This document shows, in pieces, positions 7,592-15,734 of a DNA stretch of 32,000 bases (its first letter is position 1; every line of letters begins with the position of its first letter). This DNA is from Phycisphaera mikurensis NBRC 102666 (GTDB lineage: Bacteria; Planctomycetota; Phycisphaerae; Phycisphaerales; Phycisphaeraceae): contig NC_017080.1 of the NCBI RefSeq assembly GCF_000284115.1, forward strand, positions 1,200,001 through 1,232,000. Reading direction: 5' to 3'. Position numbers and translations under genes: made by a program. A model generated the notes under the pieces. The model was not told the origin of the DNA. It did no database searches and saw only the letters and a list, made by a program, of their open reading frames with translations.

Positions 7592-8565
7592 GCCGACGAG
7601 CCCGCCTGGCGCTGGCGGCGTGCGCCGCGACCCTCGGGTGCGGCCCGGCGGCTGCGCAGGAGGAGCCCCCGGAGCGGCTGCCCACGGCAACGGGAATGGC
7701 GGCGGTGGAGCCGCTGCACGCCGCGACGCCACAGCCGCTGCTCCGCCGCGAGGGCGACTTCATCGTGGGCCGCACCGCCCGGATCGTGGAGCTCGCCGAC
7801 GGTGCGCTCGCCGCGGTGTTCGACCGCCCGGACGTCGTCGAAGAGCGGCCGCTGGGCGAGGCTACCGGCGTGGACGACGAGGGCTTCCTCGCGGCTCCGC
7901 CGCCGCCGGAGCCTGCGCCGCTGCTGCCGCCGATGGTGCTCCAGCCGTCCCGCCAGCTCGACGCGTTGCGGGCCGTCCGCGCCGGCGGCGAGCCCGACGC
8001 GGCCTTCGCGCTCTCGGGCCGCGTGCAGCGGTACCGCGGCCGGAACCACCTGCTGCTCACCGGCTTCGAGGGGCGGATGGAGGCGCCCGAGGCGGCGGCC
8101 GCCGCGGGCGCTCCCGCCGCCGCCGCCGCCGCTGCCGCCGAGTTCGAGGACCCCGCGACGGAGTCGGTGGAGGCGCTGATGGCCGACCTCGACGAGGCCG
8201 CCCGCCCGGCCGCGGCGGGTCCGCGGTCGCCGGGCCCCACGCCGCCGGCGGCCGCTTCGCCAAGCGACGCGGCCGGCTGGCGGGACGGCGCTTTGGTCGC
8301 CCGCCGCCTCGGCCGCGTGCTGCCCGGGTCCTCCGGCGGGTCCCTCGCCGGCAGCGTCTTCGTCTTCGACGGCGGCGACCCGCCGCTGCGGCTGCTGCCC
8401 TGTGCCGCCACCGAGCGGGCCGAGACGCTCGAGCTCGGCGACGGCGGCGGCCGCGTCTTCGAGCTCTCCGGCCAGGTCCACGTCTCCGGGCAAGACGCGT
8501 GGGTGCTGCCGGCGTCGCTGCGGTCGCGGCCCGCCGCCGGCCGCGTCGACGAAGCCGACTACTGA
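7588..8565 (+). CDS. Hypothetical exported Ala/Pro-rich protein
   Basis: ATG at 7588 in an ATGA overlap with the upstream stop. N-terminus MSRRARLALAACAATLGCGPAAAQ is signal/lipoprotein-like. Contains a poly-Ala tract (about nt 8096-8140). No family recognised. Confidence 0.55.
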   Translation: MSRRARLALAACAATLGCGPAAAQEEPPERLPTATGMAAVEPLHAATPQPLLRREGDFIVGRTARIVELADGALAAVFDRPDVVEERPLGEATGVDDEGFLAAPPPPEPAPLLPPMVLQPSRQLDALRAVRAGGEPDAAFALSGRVQRYRGRNHLLLTGFEGRMEAPEAAAAAGAPAAAAAAAAEFEDPATESVEALMADLDEAARPAAAGPRSPGPTPPAAASPSDAAGWRDGALVARRLGRVLPGSSGGSLAGSVFVFDGGDPPLRLLPCAATERAETLELGDGGGRVFELSGQVHVSGQDAWVLPASLRSRPAAGRVDEADY

Positions 8566-8586
8566 CCAGCGGCCAAGGATCCCGCC

Positions 8587-9009
8587 ATGGAAAGCTTCAC
8601 CGTCGACACCCCCGGCCGCGACGGCATGGTCGAGATCACCGACCGCGTCGCGCAGGCGATCTCCCGCTCCGCCCGCCGCGGCGGCGTCGCGCAGATCTTC
8701 GTGATGCACACCACCGCCGGGCTCTGCGTGAACGAGAACGCCGATCCCGACGTCGTCCACGACCTGCTCAAAGAGTTCGACCGCCTCTTCCCGTGGGAGC
8801 AGCCGTTCCACCGGCACGCCGAGGGCAACACCGCCGCGCACGCGAAGGCGATCCTCACGGGCAACTCCATCGCCGTCCCGCTGCGGCGCAACGGCCGGCT
8901 CGACCTGGGCACCTGGCAGGGCATCTACCTCTGCGAGTTCGACGGTCCGCGGACCCGGACCGTCAAGGTGGTGGTGCTGGAGGAGGCGAACGACGACAAG
9001 ATCGATTGA
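8587..9009 (+). CDS. yjbQ: YjbQ/UPF0047 family protein (secondary thiamine-phosphate synthase-type enzyme)
   Basis: 140 aa. Family-typical stretches IFVMHTTAGLCVNENADPDVVHDL, HAEGNTAAHAKA and LGTWQGIYLCEFDGPR. ATG preceded by AAGGA (8574-8578). Confidence 0.85.
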   Translation: MESFTVDTPGRDGMVEITDRVAQAISRSARRGGVAQIFVMHTTAGLCVNENADPDVVHDLLKEFDRLFPWEQPFHRHAEGNTAAHAKAILTGNSIAVPLRRNGRLDLGTWQGIYLCEFDGPRTRTVKVVVLEEANDDKID

Positions 9010-9144
9010 GGCCGCGGCCCGGGCGAGCGTCGCCTCGCGGCCTGCGCGGCGGCAGGAGCCGCGAGGGCGGGGCGCCCGCCGGCGAGGAGGGTCCGCCCGA
9101 TCCGGCGTGGGTCGCCACCGGGACGCCCGGAGCGGGCGAACTCG

Positions 9145-10191
9145 CTAGCGCTTCGGCGACTGCCGAAGATCCGCTGCGTCCTCCGCCTTGCTGGACGCCG
9201 CCCGTGAGGCTTCCGCCGCTTCGGCGTTGCGCTTCCACATCGGCAGCTTGATGCGGATGAGCGCGGTGCCGGCGGTCGCGGCGAGGCGATCGGCTCGGGT
9301 CCAGCCGGCGACCTCGGCCGGATCCAGCCCGGCGGCGTGCGGCCGGGGCGCGAAGTCCAGCGGGACGGGCAGCGGGTGGCGGGTGCCGATGGCGTTGAAG
9401 GGGCACACGTCCTGGCAGACGTCGCAGCCGGCGAGCCAGCCGTGGGTGTCCGGGGCCGCGCCCGGCGGATCGACCGACCGCCGCTCGATGGTCAGGTAGC
9501 TGATGCACCTCCGCGGGTCGATCGCGTGGCCGCCCGCATCGATCGCCCCGGTCGGGCAGGCGTCGATGCACCGCGTGCAGTTCGCGCAGCGGTCGGTCGG
9601 CTCGGCGAGCGGGCCGGGGAAGCCGCGGGCGGCGGAGGTCGGCAGCTCCAGGGTTGTGAGCAGCGCGCCCAGCAGCACGAAGGAGCCGTGGCGGGGGTGG
9701 ATCAGCAGCGAGTTCTTGCCCCGCCAGCCCAGGCCGGCGGCCTCGGCGTAGCGACGCTCGTCCAGCGGCGCGGTGTCGACGCAGGCGCGGAAGGCGGCGT
9801 CGGGGAAGGCCGCGGCGAGGCCGTCGCCGAGGCGGTGGAGCTTCTTCTTGAGCACGCGGTGGTAGTCGCGGCCCCAGGCGTAGCGGGCGATCCTGCCGCG
9901 GACCGAGCCGTTCCGGGCCGCAACCTCGGGTCGGTCCGCGGATCCGCCGGCGGGTTGGGTGTTCCCGTAGCTGTCGGCGACGATCACGACCGACCTCGCC
10001 CCCGGCAGCACCGCCTCGACGCCCAGCCGGGCCTCGGCGGAGTCGGCGAGCCAGCCCATCTCGCCGGCCCGGCCCGCCGCGAACCAGGCGCGGGAGCGGG
10101 CGGCCTCCTCCGCGGGGGCGGGCGCGGCGTCGGCCACGCCCCAGAGGCCGAAGCCGATCTTCGCCGCGAGCGCGTCGAGGGTTTCGATCAC
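9145..10191 (-). CDS. queG: Epoxyqueuosine reductase (tRNA queuosine biosynthesis)
   Basis: RIARYAWGRDYHRVLKKKL plus two ferredoxin-type clusters, CANCTRCIDACPTGAI and CDVCQDVCPFN. GTG start at 10191 in a GTGA overlap with the stop (10188-10190) of the upstream membrane-protein gene. The longer track ORF (to 10458) overlaps that gene. Confidence 0.85.
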   Translation of the reverse strand: MIETLDALAAKIGFGLWGVADAAPAPAEEAARSRAWFAAGRAGEMGWLADSAEARLGVEAVLPGARSVVIVADSYGNTQPAGGSADRPEVAARNGSVRGRIARYAWGRDYHRVLKKKLHRLGDGLAAAFPDAAFRACVDTAPLDERRYAEAAGLGWRGKNSLLIHPRHGSFVLLGALLTTLELPTSAARGFPGPLAEPTDRCANCTRCIDACPTGAIDAGGHAIDPRRCISYLTIERRSVDPPGAAPDTHGWLAGCDVCQDVCPFNAIGTRHPLPVPLDFAPRPHAAGLDPAEVAGWTRADRLAATAGTALIRIKLPMWKRNAEAAEASRAASSKAEDAADLRQSPKR

Positions 10192-10922
10192 GCGGCGTCC
10201 TCCGGCTCCGGGGCCGCCAGCAACCCGAGCATCAGGCACCAGAAGGCAAGCACGATGTTCTGCATCGGCAGCTGCAGCGGGAGCGGCAGCAGGTAGATGA
10301 CGCACACCGCGGGGATCCACACCGCCCAGCACGAGCACAGCAGCGGGAAGACTTCGCGGCGGTACCAGCCCCGGCCGGCGTGCCGCCGCCGGAAGCGGCT
10401 CCACGAGAAGCCCGCGTCCTTGAAGCCGTAGACGGCCACCGTCTCGGGCATCGCCCACAGCGGGCAGTACACGAACATGTCCAGGAAGACCTTGCCGGCG
10501 ACGATCGCCGGGCCGCGGCCGTCGCCGAGCAGGCCGTCGAGCCCGCGGTAGAGCAGGTCGACCTGCAGCCCGACCACCGCCCAGAACAGCAGCAGGTACA
10601 GGAAGGCCCCGGGCGACTCGCTCGGCGCCGACGGCCGCAGCCGCTGCACGGCCGCCGGCAGCACCGCCCCGGCGAGCGTGGTCGTGAGCGCCGCGAAGCC
10701 CAGCGCCACCGGCAGCGGCTGCTCGGCCCGCCAGCCGGCGAGCCGCTGCAACGCCGCCCGCATCGGCGGCCAGAGCTCGTACCCCAGCAGCACCGCGATG
10801 GCGAAGGCCGTCAACGCGAGCCCGGGGCCGAGGTTGGCTCGGGCGGCGGCGACCAAGCCGCTCCGGCGCTCGGGCGCACCCAACCGCTCGCCCCCCGCGG
10901 CCTCGGCGGCCGCCTCGCTCAC
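10188..10922 (-). CDS. Integral membrane protein (possibly Mpv17/PMP22-like; family assignment tentative)
   Basis: C-terminal part of track ORF 10188..12536. Several hydrophobic helices (LALTAFAIAVLLGY, FLYLLLFWAVVGL, LLCSCWAVWIPAVCVIYLL, IVLAFWCLMLGLLA). GTG at 10922 forms a GTGA overlap with the stop of the upstream gene (10919-10921). Confidence 0.6.
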   Translation of the reverse strand: MSEAAAEAAGGERLGAPERRSGLVAAARANLGPGLALTAFAIAVLLGYELWPPMRAALQRLAGWRAEQPLPVALGFAALTTTLAGAVLPAAVQRLRPSAPSESPGAFLYLLLFWAVVGLQVDLLYRGLDGLLGDGRGPAIVAGKVFLDMFVYCPLWAMPETVAVYGFKDAGFSWSRFRRRHAGRGWYRREVFPLLCSCWAVWIPAVCVIYLLPLPLQLPMQNIVLAFWCLMLGLLAAPEPEDAA

Positions 10923-12187
10923 GCCGGCAGCGCCGCCGAGGAGGCCGGCCCCGAGGCGGCCGGCACGCTCTCCGCGGCGAGGGACAGGAAGCTGCGGCGG
11001 TACGACGACCACGCCAGCAGCGCCATCGCGGGCACCGCGAGCGTGCCGGCGCCGGGCCAGAGCTGCACGAAGATCAGCAAGAGGTAGCCCAGCCGCACGC
11101 CCCACCGCACCAGCAGCGTGCGGCCGCGCGGCAGGTAGCGGCGGTACGGGGCGATCAGCGCCAGCCGGTACAGGATGATGCCGGGGATGAGCCCGACGAC
11201 CGGCACCGCCGAGAGGCCGGCGCACGCCGCGAGCACCCACGGCAGCCGGGCCTTCACGTGGGCATCGAGGCCGGCGACGTCGGCCGTGCCCGCGAAGGCG
11301 GGGCGGCCGCAGAGGCGGCAGTCCTGCTCGGGGTGCCGCTCGCGGAGCGAGGCGGCGCAGACCCCGCACCGGTGCACCGCCCGCAGCGAGGCCGCGTGGT
11401 CCCGCCGGTCCCCCACGCGCTGCATCTTCGGGCCGCCCAGCAGCCCGACCCGCTCGGCGTCGGGCCGCTCCACGCCGCAGTGCGGGCAACGCAGCGCCGC
11501 CCGGGGCACGTCGTCGCCGCAGGCGTCGCACGCGACGCGGCTTCTCGCCTCCCGCCGCCTGGACCGGGCGTACATCAGCAGAACCACGCACGACGCGATC
11601 ACGACCAGCGCCGCGACCACGACCGGGAAGAGCACGAGCAGGAAGACCCCGAAGACCGACCAGAGGTCCTCGCCCCAGCTGAACAGGCCCAAGAGCCCGG
11701 TGTCGTCGTCCGCGTCGAGCTCCGAAGCGTCGGACAGAACCGCCCGGCGGGCGACCGCGAGGAGGAACGTGCCCGCCGCGACGGCGAGCACCAGCAAGCC
11801 GGTGAAGCCGAGGCCCGCCTGCGCCGGGAGCGACGCCGCGGCCACCCCCTCCGCCGCCGGCCACCCGCCCGCGGCCGACACCAGGCCCGCCACGCCCAGC
11901 GCCGCCGACACCGGCTTCACGTAGGGGTCCAGCTCGTTGAGGATCTCCCGCGCCCCGCCGCTCTTGTGGGCCACCAGCTCGAGCGCCGAAAGCGTTCCCA
12001 GCACCGCGATCGACAGGTCCGAGGTCAGCCAGCCCGGCGCCGCGTCCACCGGCAGCCCCGCGAGCAGCCCGAGCGTCCCGAGCAGCGGGACGTCGGGCCC
12101 GAACCGCACCGCGAGCGCCACCGCGAACAGCGGCAGGAACACCCGGGAGGCGAACAGGGCGGGAAGCGAGAGGGCGGGGAGGAGCAT
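10919..12187 (-). CDS. DUF4126-like membrane protein with an internal double zinc-ribbon segment
   Basis: N-terminal helices MLLPALSLPALFASRVFLPLFAVALAVRFG...LGLLAGL. Central Cys pairs CDACGDDVPRAALRCPHCG and CGVCAASLRERHPEQDCRLCG. C-terminal helices. ATG at 12187 is preferred over TTG at 12202. Confidence 0.65.
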   Translation of the reverse strand: MLLPALSLPALFASRVFLPLFAVALAVRFGPDVPLLGTLGLLAGLPVDAAPGWLTSDLSIAVLGTLSALELVAHKSGGAREILNELDPYVKPVSAALGVAGLVSAAGGWPAAEGVAAASLPAQAGLGFTGLLVLAVAAGTFLLAVARRAVLSDASELDADDDTGLLGLFSWGEDLWSVFGVFLLVLFPVVVAALVVIASCVVLLMYARSRRREARSRVACDACGDDVPRAALRCPHCGVERPDAERVGLLGGPKMQRVGDRRDHAASLRAVHRCGVCAASLRERHPEQDCRLCGRPAFAGTADVAGLDAHVKARLPWVLAACAGLSAVPVVGLIPGIILYRLALIAPYRRYLPRGRTLLVRWGVRLGYLLLIFVQLWPGAGTLAVPAMALLAWSSYRRSFLSLAAESVPAASGPASSAALPA

Positions 12188-12200
12188 GGCTGCACCAGGC

Positions 12201-12490
12201 AAGCGAAGAAGCGAAGAAGATAGGAAGCGAAGAAGTCAGTCCGTCGCGCCATCGCTCCGCTCGGCGGCCTCCCCTCGGGTCGGCGAAGCCGACGCGTTGC
12301 CTGACTTCCCCACTTCGTCGCTTCCCCGCCTCCCCGCTTCCCCGCTTCCCCGCTTCCCCGCTTCCCCGCTTCCCCGCTTCCCCGCTTCCCCGCTTCTTCT
12401 CTTCTCCGCTTCCCCGCTTCTTCTCTTCTTCTCTTCTTCTCTTCTTCTCTTCTTCTCTTCTTCGCTTCTTCACTTCCCCGCTTCTCCACT
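12201..12490. repeat. 8-bp-period repeat element: short purine-rich arm, 61-nt core (12240-12300) containing a 15-nt hairpin, long CCCCGCTT / CTTCTCTT tandem array
   Basis: Left arm aagcgaagaagcgaagaagataggaagcgaagaagtcag (12201-12239). gaagtcag (12232-12239) is inverted at ctgacttc (12301-12308). Hairpin GTCGGC-GAA-GCCGAC at 12279-12293. This is followed by about 20 consecutive 8-mers (ccccgctt x8, cttctctt x5, variants) up to about 12490. Confidence 0.85.
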
Positions 12491-12528
12491 CCCGCCCCTG
12501 ACATCCCGCGCCTCCCGCCCCAACCCCC

Positions 12529-14121
12529 TCAAACAAACTCCCGCCGCTGGCGCTTCGTCCCGATCCCCAGCTGCCCCCGGTACTTCGCCACCGTCCGCCG
12601 CGCGATCGTGATGCCGCGTTCGCCCAGCGCCTCCACCAGCTCGTCGTCGGAGAGCGGCTCGGTCTTGTCCTCGTCGTCGATGACCTCCTTGAGCTTCGCC
12701 TGCACGGCCGTCCAGCTCACGTCGTCGCCGCCGGCGCTCTGCGTGCCGCCGGAGAAGAACATGCGCAGCGGCACGATCCCCCGCGGCGTCTGCAGGTACT
12801 TCTCGCTCACGGCACGCGAGACCGTCGCCACGTGGATCCCGAGCTGATCGGCCACGAGCGTCATCGGCAGCGGCACCAGCCCCGCGTCGCCCTGCTCGAA
12901 CCAGCCGCGCTGGGCGTTGATGACCACGCCGATCACGCGGAGCAGCGTGTGCTGCCGCTGGCGGATCGCGTCGAGCAGCCAGCGGGCCGAACGCAGCTGG
13001 CGGCCCACGAAGTCGCGGGCGGCTTTCTCCTGCGTCTTGTCCTTGGCGAGGTCTTCGTAGTCGGCGCTGATCTGCAGGGCCGGCAGGCGGCCGCTGGTGA
13101 GCAGCGCCGTGTAGGTGTCGGTAAGCTCGTCGTAGGTGATCACGGCGTCGGGCGTGATCGTCCGCGTCACCGGATCGGCGAGGTTGCGGCCGGGGTGCGG
13201 CGAGTACGCCCGCAGCCGGGCGACGGCGTGCTTGAGCTCCCCGAGCCCGCGCCCGGTCGCCTCGACCATCCGCGGGAAGCGGTTGATCTCGATGTCCTTG
13301 AGGTGGTCGCGGATCAGCACCTCCTGCAGGTCCAGCAGGTCCCGGTCCGCGTCGGGGTCACGCCGCTTCGCGTCGATCTGCAGGAGGATGCACTCCGCCA
13401 GCGAGCGGGCGGCGATCCCGGCCGGATCCAGCGCCATCTGCAGGATCTCGATCGCCTCGTCCACCTCCTCGGCGCTCACGTCGCCGAGCTTCGCGGGCGC
13501 CGCGTCGCGCAGCTGCTCGGGGTCGGCCCGCAGGTAGCCGTCGGCGTCGATGTTGCCGATGAGGTACTCGCCCAGGTCGAACAGCCGCTCGTCGAGGTTG
13601 TCGTCGGCCTGGGCCATCCGCCACTGGCCCATCAGCTGCTCGTACAGCGAAGCCATCTTCGCCGGGCTGTTGGCCATCGCGTCCATCTTCCCGTCGCGTT
13701 CGCCCGCGTAAGAGGAAGGACCCGGGCCGGAGAGGAAGCGCTCGGAGCGGTCGGAGAGCCTGCCCTCGCCGCTCTCGAGCGTGTTGCTCCACGCGTCGCC
13801 GTACTGCTCGGAGAGGTTGTCGAGCCGCTCGAAGTCGGCGGCGGACTCGCCCGCCCCGGGCGCTCCGTCGGCGCCGCCCACCACCAGCTCCCGGGTGTGC
13901 TCGCGGTCGTCGCGACGCTCCTGCGCCATCGCGTCTCTGAGCCCCTCGGCGTCCGCCCCCGGCTCCTGCAGCTCGAGCGTCGGGTTGCTCGCCAGCTCCA
14001 ACTCGATGCGCTCCTCCAGCTGGGCCTGCGGCATCTGCAGGATCTCCATCGACTGGATCATCCGCGGCGCCAGCTTCATCTGCTGGCCCATGCGGACGTG
14101 GTTGCCGACGGAGAGGTGCAT
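12529..14121 (-). CDS. rpoN: RNA polymerase sigma-54 factor
   Basis: N-terminal region I MHLSVGNHVRMGQQMKLAPRMIQSMEILQMPQAQLEERIELELASNPTLE. C-terminal HTH and RpoN box ITIARRTVAKYRGQLGI. ATG at 14121 (the 52 aa upstream in the track ORF are Arg/Pro-rich and unlikely to be translated). Confidence 0.9.
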   Translation of the reverse strand: MHLSVGNHVRMGQQMKLAPRMIQSMEILQMPQAQLEERIELELASNPTLELQEPGADAEGLRDAMAQERRDDREHTRELVVGGADGAPGAGESAADFERLDNLSEQYGDAWSNTLESGEGRLSDRSERFLSGPGPSSYAGERDGKMDAMANSPAKMASLYEQLMGQWRMAQADDNLDERLFDLGEYLIGNIDADGYLRADPEQLRDAAPAKLGDVSAEEVDEAIEILQMALDPAGIAARSLAECILLQIDAKRRDPDADRDLLDLQEVLIRDHLKDIEINRFPRMVEATGRGLGELKHAVARLRAYSPHPGRNLADPVTRTITPDAVITYDELTDTYTALLTSGRLPALQISADYEDLAKDKTQEKAARDFVGRQLRSARWLLDAIRQRQHTLLRVIGVVINAQRGWFEQGDAGLVPLPMTLVADQLGIHVATVSRAVSEKYLQTPRGIVPLRMFFSGGTQSAGGDDVSWTAVQAKLKEVIDDEDKTEPLSDDELVEALGERGITIARRTVAKYRGQLGIGTKRQRREFV

Positions 14122-14344
14122 GGGAACGGAGCTTTCGGGGTCCCCGGGTGGAGCGGGGCGGACGCGGTGCGGCCGCCAGTATCGCAGGGTTCCGCGGGGG
14201 CTGCGCCGCGCTCGCGGAGCCGGACGCGGAGCCGGGCGCCGAGGACCGGACCCGCGGGCGGCATGGCCGCCGCTCAAGCCCGCCGGCGCCGCCCTCCCCT
14301 GGCCGGTGCGCCGACGCCGGCCACGCGGCGCCGCGGGGGGGGGT

Positions 14345-15448
14345 TCAGGGCCGCGGGTGGAACCTCGCCAGCACGTCGGCGAGCCGCGAGCGGTCGACGT
14401 GGGTGTACAGCTCCGTCGTCCCGAGGTCCGCGTGGCCGAGCATCTCCTGCACGACGCGCAGGTCGGCTCCGCCGGCGAGCAGCTGCGTGGCGTAGCTGTG
14501 CCGCAGCGTGTGCGGGTGCACGTTGTGCAGCCCGGCCGCCGCGGCGTGCCGCTTGACGACCTGCCACACGACGATCCGCGTGACCGGCTGGCCCGTCCGG
14601 GAGAGGAACAGCCGGCCGGTCGGCTCCTTGAGGAGCTTGGGCCGCAGCTGCTCGGCGTAGCGCTGGATCGCCTGGAGGCAGGGCGTGCCGACCGGCAGGA
14701 TCCGCTCCTTGTTGCCCTTGCCGAGCACGCGGACGACGCCCAGCGTCGCGTCGATCGCGTCCGCGGGCAGCGCCGCGGCCTCGCTCGCCCGCAGGCCGCC
14801 CGCGTAGAGCAGCTCCAGCAGCGCGACGTCGCGGAGGTAGAGCGTCGCGGCCGGGTCCGGCGCCGCGAGCAGCTTCTCCGCGTCGGCGTGGCCGAGCACG
14901 TGCGGGAGCGTCCGCCAGGTTCTGGGTTGGCTCAGCCGCTCGGCGGCGTCGGCGGGCGTGTGCCCCGCCGCGGCGGCGAAGCGGCAGAAGACGCGGATCG
15001 TCGCGGTGTGCCGCGCGATCGAGGCCGTCTGCAAGCCGCCGGCTGCGAGCGACTGGAGGTGCCCGACCAGCCGCTCGTGGTCGAGCTCGTGCCAGCCGCC
15101 CCGGTGGCCCTCCCGCTCCATCCACGTGCGCAGGTCGCGGAGGTCGCCCGCGTAGGCCGCGAGCGTGGCCGGCGAGAAGCCGCACTCCACCCGGCAGTGC
15201 GTGAGGAAGCCGCGGACCGCGGGCTCGAAGGGCGAAACCGCCGCGCGGTCCGCGGGTGGGGCCGGAGGCGTTGCCGGCTCAGCCGCCGGCGAGGAGCAGC
15301 CGCGGGCGGCCCGCGCCGACGGCGGGGAGCCGGCGGCCGACGAGGGTGATGGGGACGAGGCGTCGGCGAGGCGCAGCGGGCCGCGGCTGAGCGTGAAGGC
15401 CGGCCCCGGCGGGCTCCGTCGCGGCGGCGGGGTTGCGGGTGGGCTCAC
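14345..15448 (-). CDS. xerD: Tyrosine site-specific recombinase, XerC/XerD family
   Basis: SAM-like N domain FLTHCRVECGFSPATLAAYAGDLRDL. Catalytic signature LYAGGLRASE, HTLRHSYATQLL, LGHADLGTTELYTHV (R-H-R-Y). Only a GTG at 15448 is available as an in-frame start, giving an Ala/Pro-rich extension of about 70 aa. The start is uncertain. Confidence 0.85.
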   Translation of the reverse strand: MSPPATPPPRRSPPGPAFTLSRGPLRLADASSPSPSSAAGSPPSARAARGCSSPAAEPATPPAPPADRAAVSPFEPAVRGFLTHCRVECGFSPATLAAYAGDLRDLRTWMEREGHRGGWHELDHERLVGHLQSLAAGGLQTASIARHTATIRVFCRFAAAAGHTPADAAERLSQPRTWRTLPHVLGHADAEKLLAAPDPAATLYLRDVALLELLYAGGLRASEAAALPADAIDATLGVVRVLGKGNKERILPVGTPCLQAIQRYAEQLRPKLLKEPTGRLFLSRTGQPVTRIVVWQVVKRHAAAAGLHNVHPHTLRHSYATQLLAGGADLRVVQEMLGHADLGTTELYTHVDRSRLADVLARFHPRP

Positions 15449-15665
15449 GAGCGGGCGGCTCCGTGGAGAGGGGGCGGCGGACGCCGGATCGGGCCCGCCG
15501 CTGGAAGATGGGGCACTCGCCGTGGCCGCCCCCGAAGCAGCGGTACGCGTCGTCGAGGCGGCTGAGCGTGGCCGCGGCGTTGCACTCCGCGGCGCCGCAA
15601 CCCATGTGGGGGCAGGCGCCGGCGGCGTCGATGGGCGGGGCGGTCGGTTCCGTCGGTGCGTTCAT
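15279..15665 (-). CDS. Small Cys/His-rich hypothetical protein (possible metal-binding); 3' part overlaps the xerD N-terminal extension out of frame
   Basis: ATG at 15665. First ~60 codons are strongly GC3-biased and encode MNAPTEPTAPPIDAAGACPHMGCGAAECNAAATLSRLDDAYRCFGGGHGECPIFQ (5 Cys, 2 His). No in-frame stop until 15279, so it overlaps xerD by 170 nt. Confidence 0.35.
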   Translation of the reverse strand: MNAPTEPTAPPIDAAGACPHMGCGAAECNAAATLSRLDDAYRCFGGGHGECPIFQRRARSGVRRPLSTEPPAREPTRNPAAATEPAGAGLHAQPRPAAPRRRLVPITLVGRRLPAVGAGRPRLLLAGG

Positions 15666-15734
15666 CGGGTTGGATGCCTCCGTGGGTCGCCGGAAGAATC
15701 GGCCGAGGCGCCCGCACCGCTGGAAGTTTTCTGC

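Noticed and set aside
7188-9251. Long ORFs 7188..8411 (-), 7474..8841 (-) and 7620..9251 (+)
   Set aside because: They are Arg/Ala/Pro/Gly-dominated shadow frames overlapping the plus-strand genes 7064-7591, 7588-8565 and yjbQ, which have signal peptides, family motifs and coupled start/stop codons.
10923-12536. Upstream 538 aa of the 782-aa minus ORF 10188..12536 as a real protein
   Set aside because: It overlaps the better-supported DUF4126-like gene in another frame and runs through the 8-mer repeat (EEKKRRREEEKKRGSGE strings). Only the C-terminal 244 aa are membrane-protein-like.
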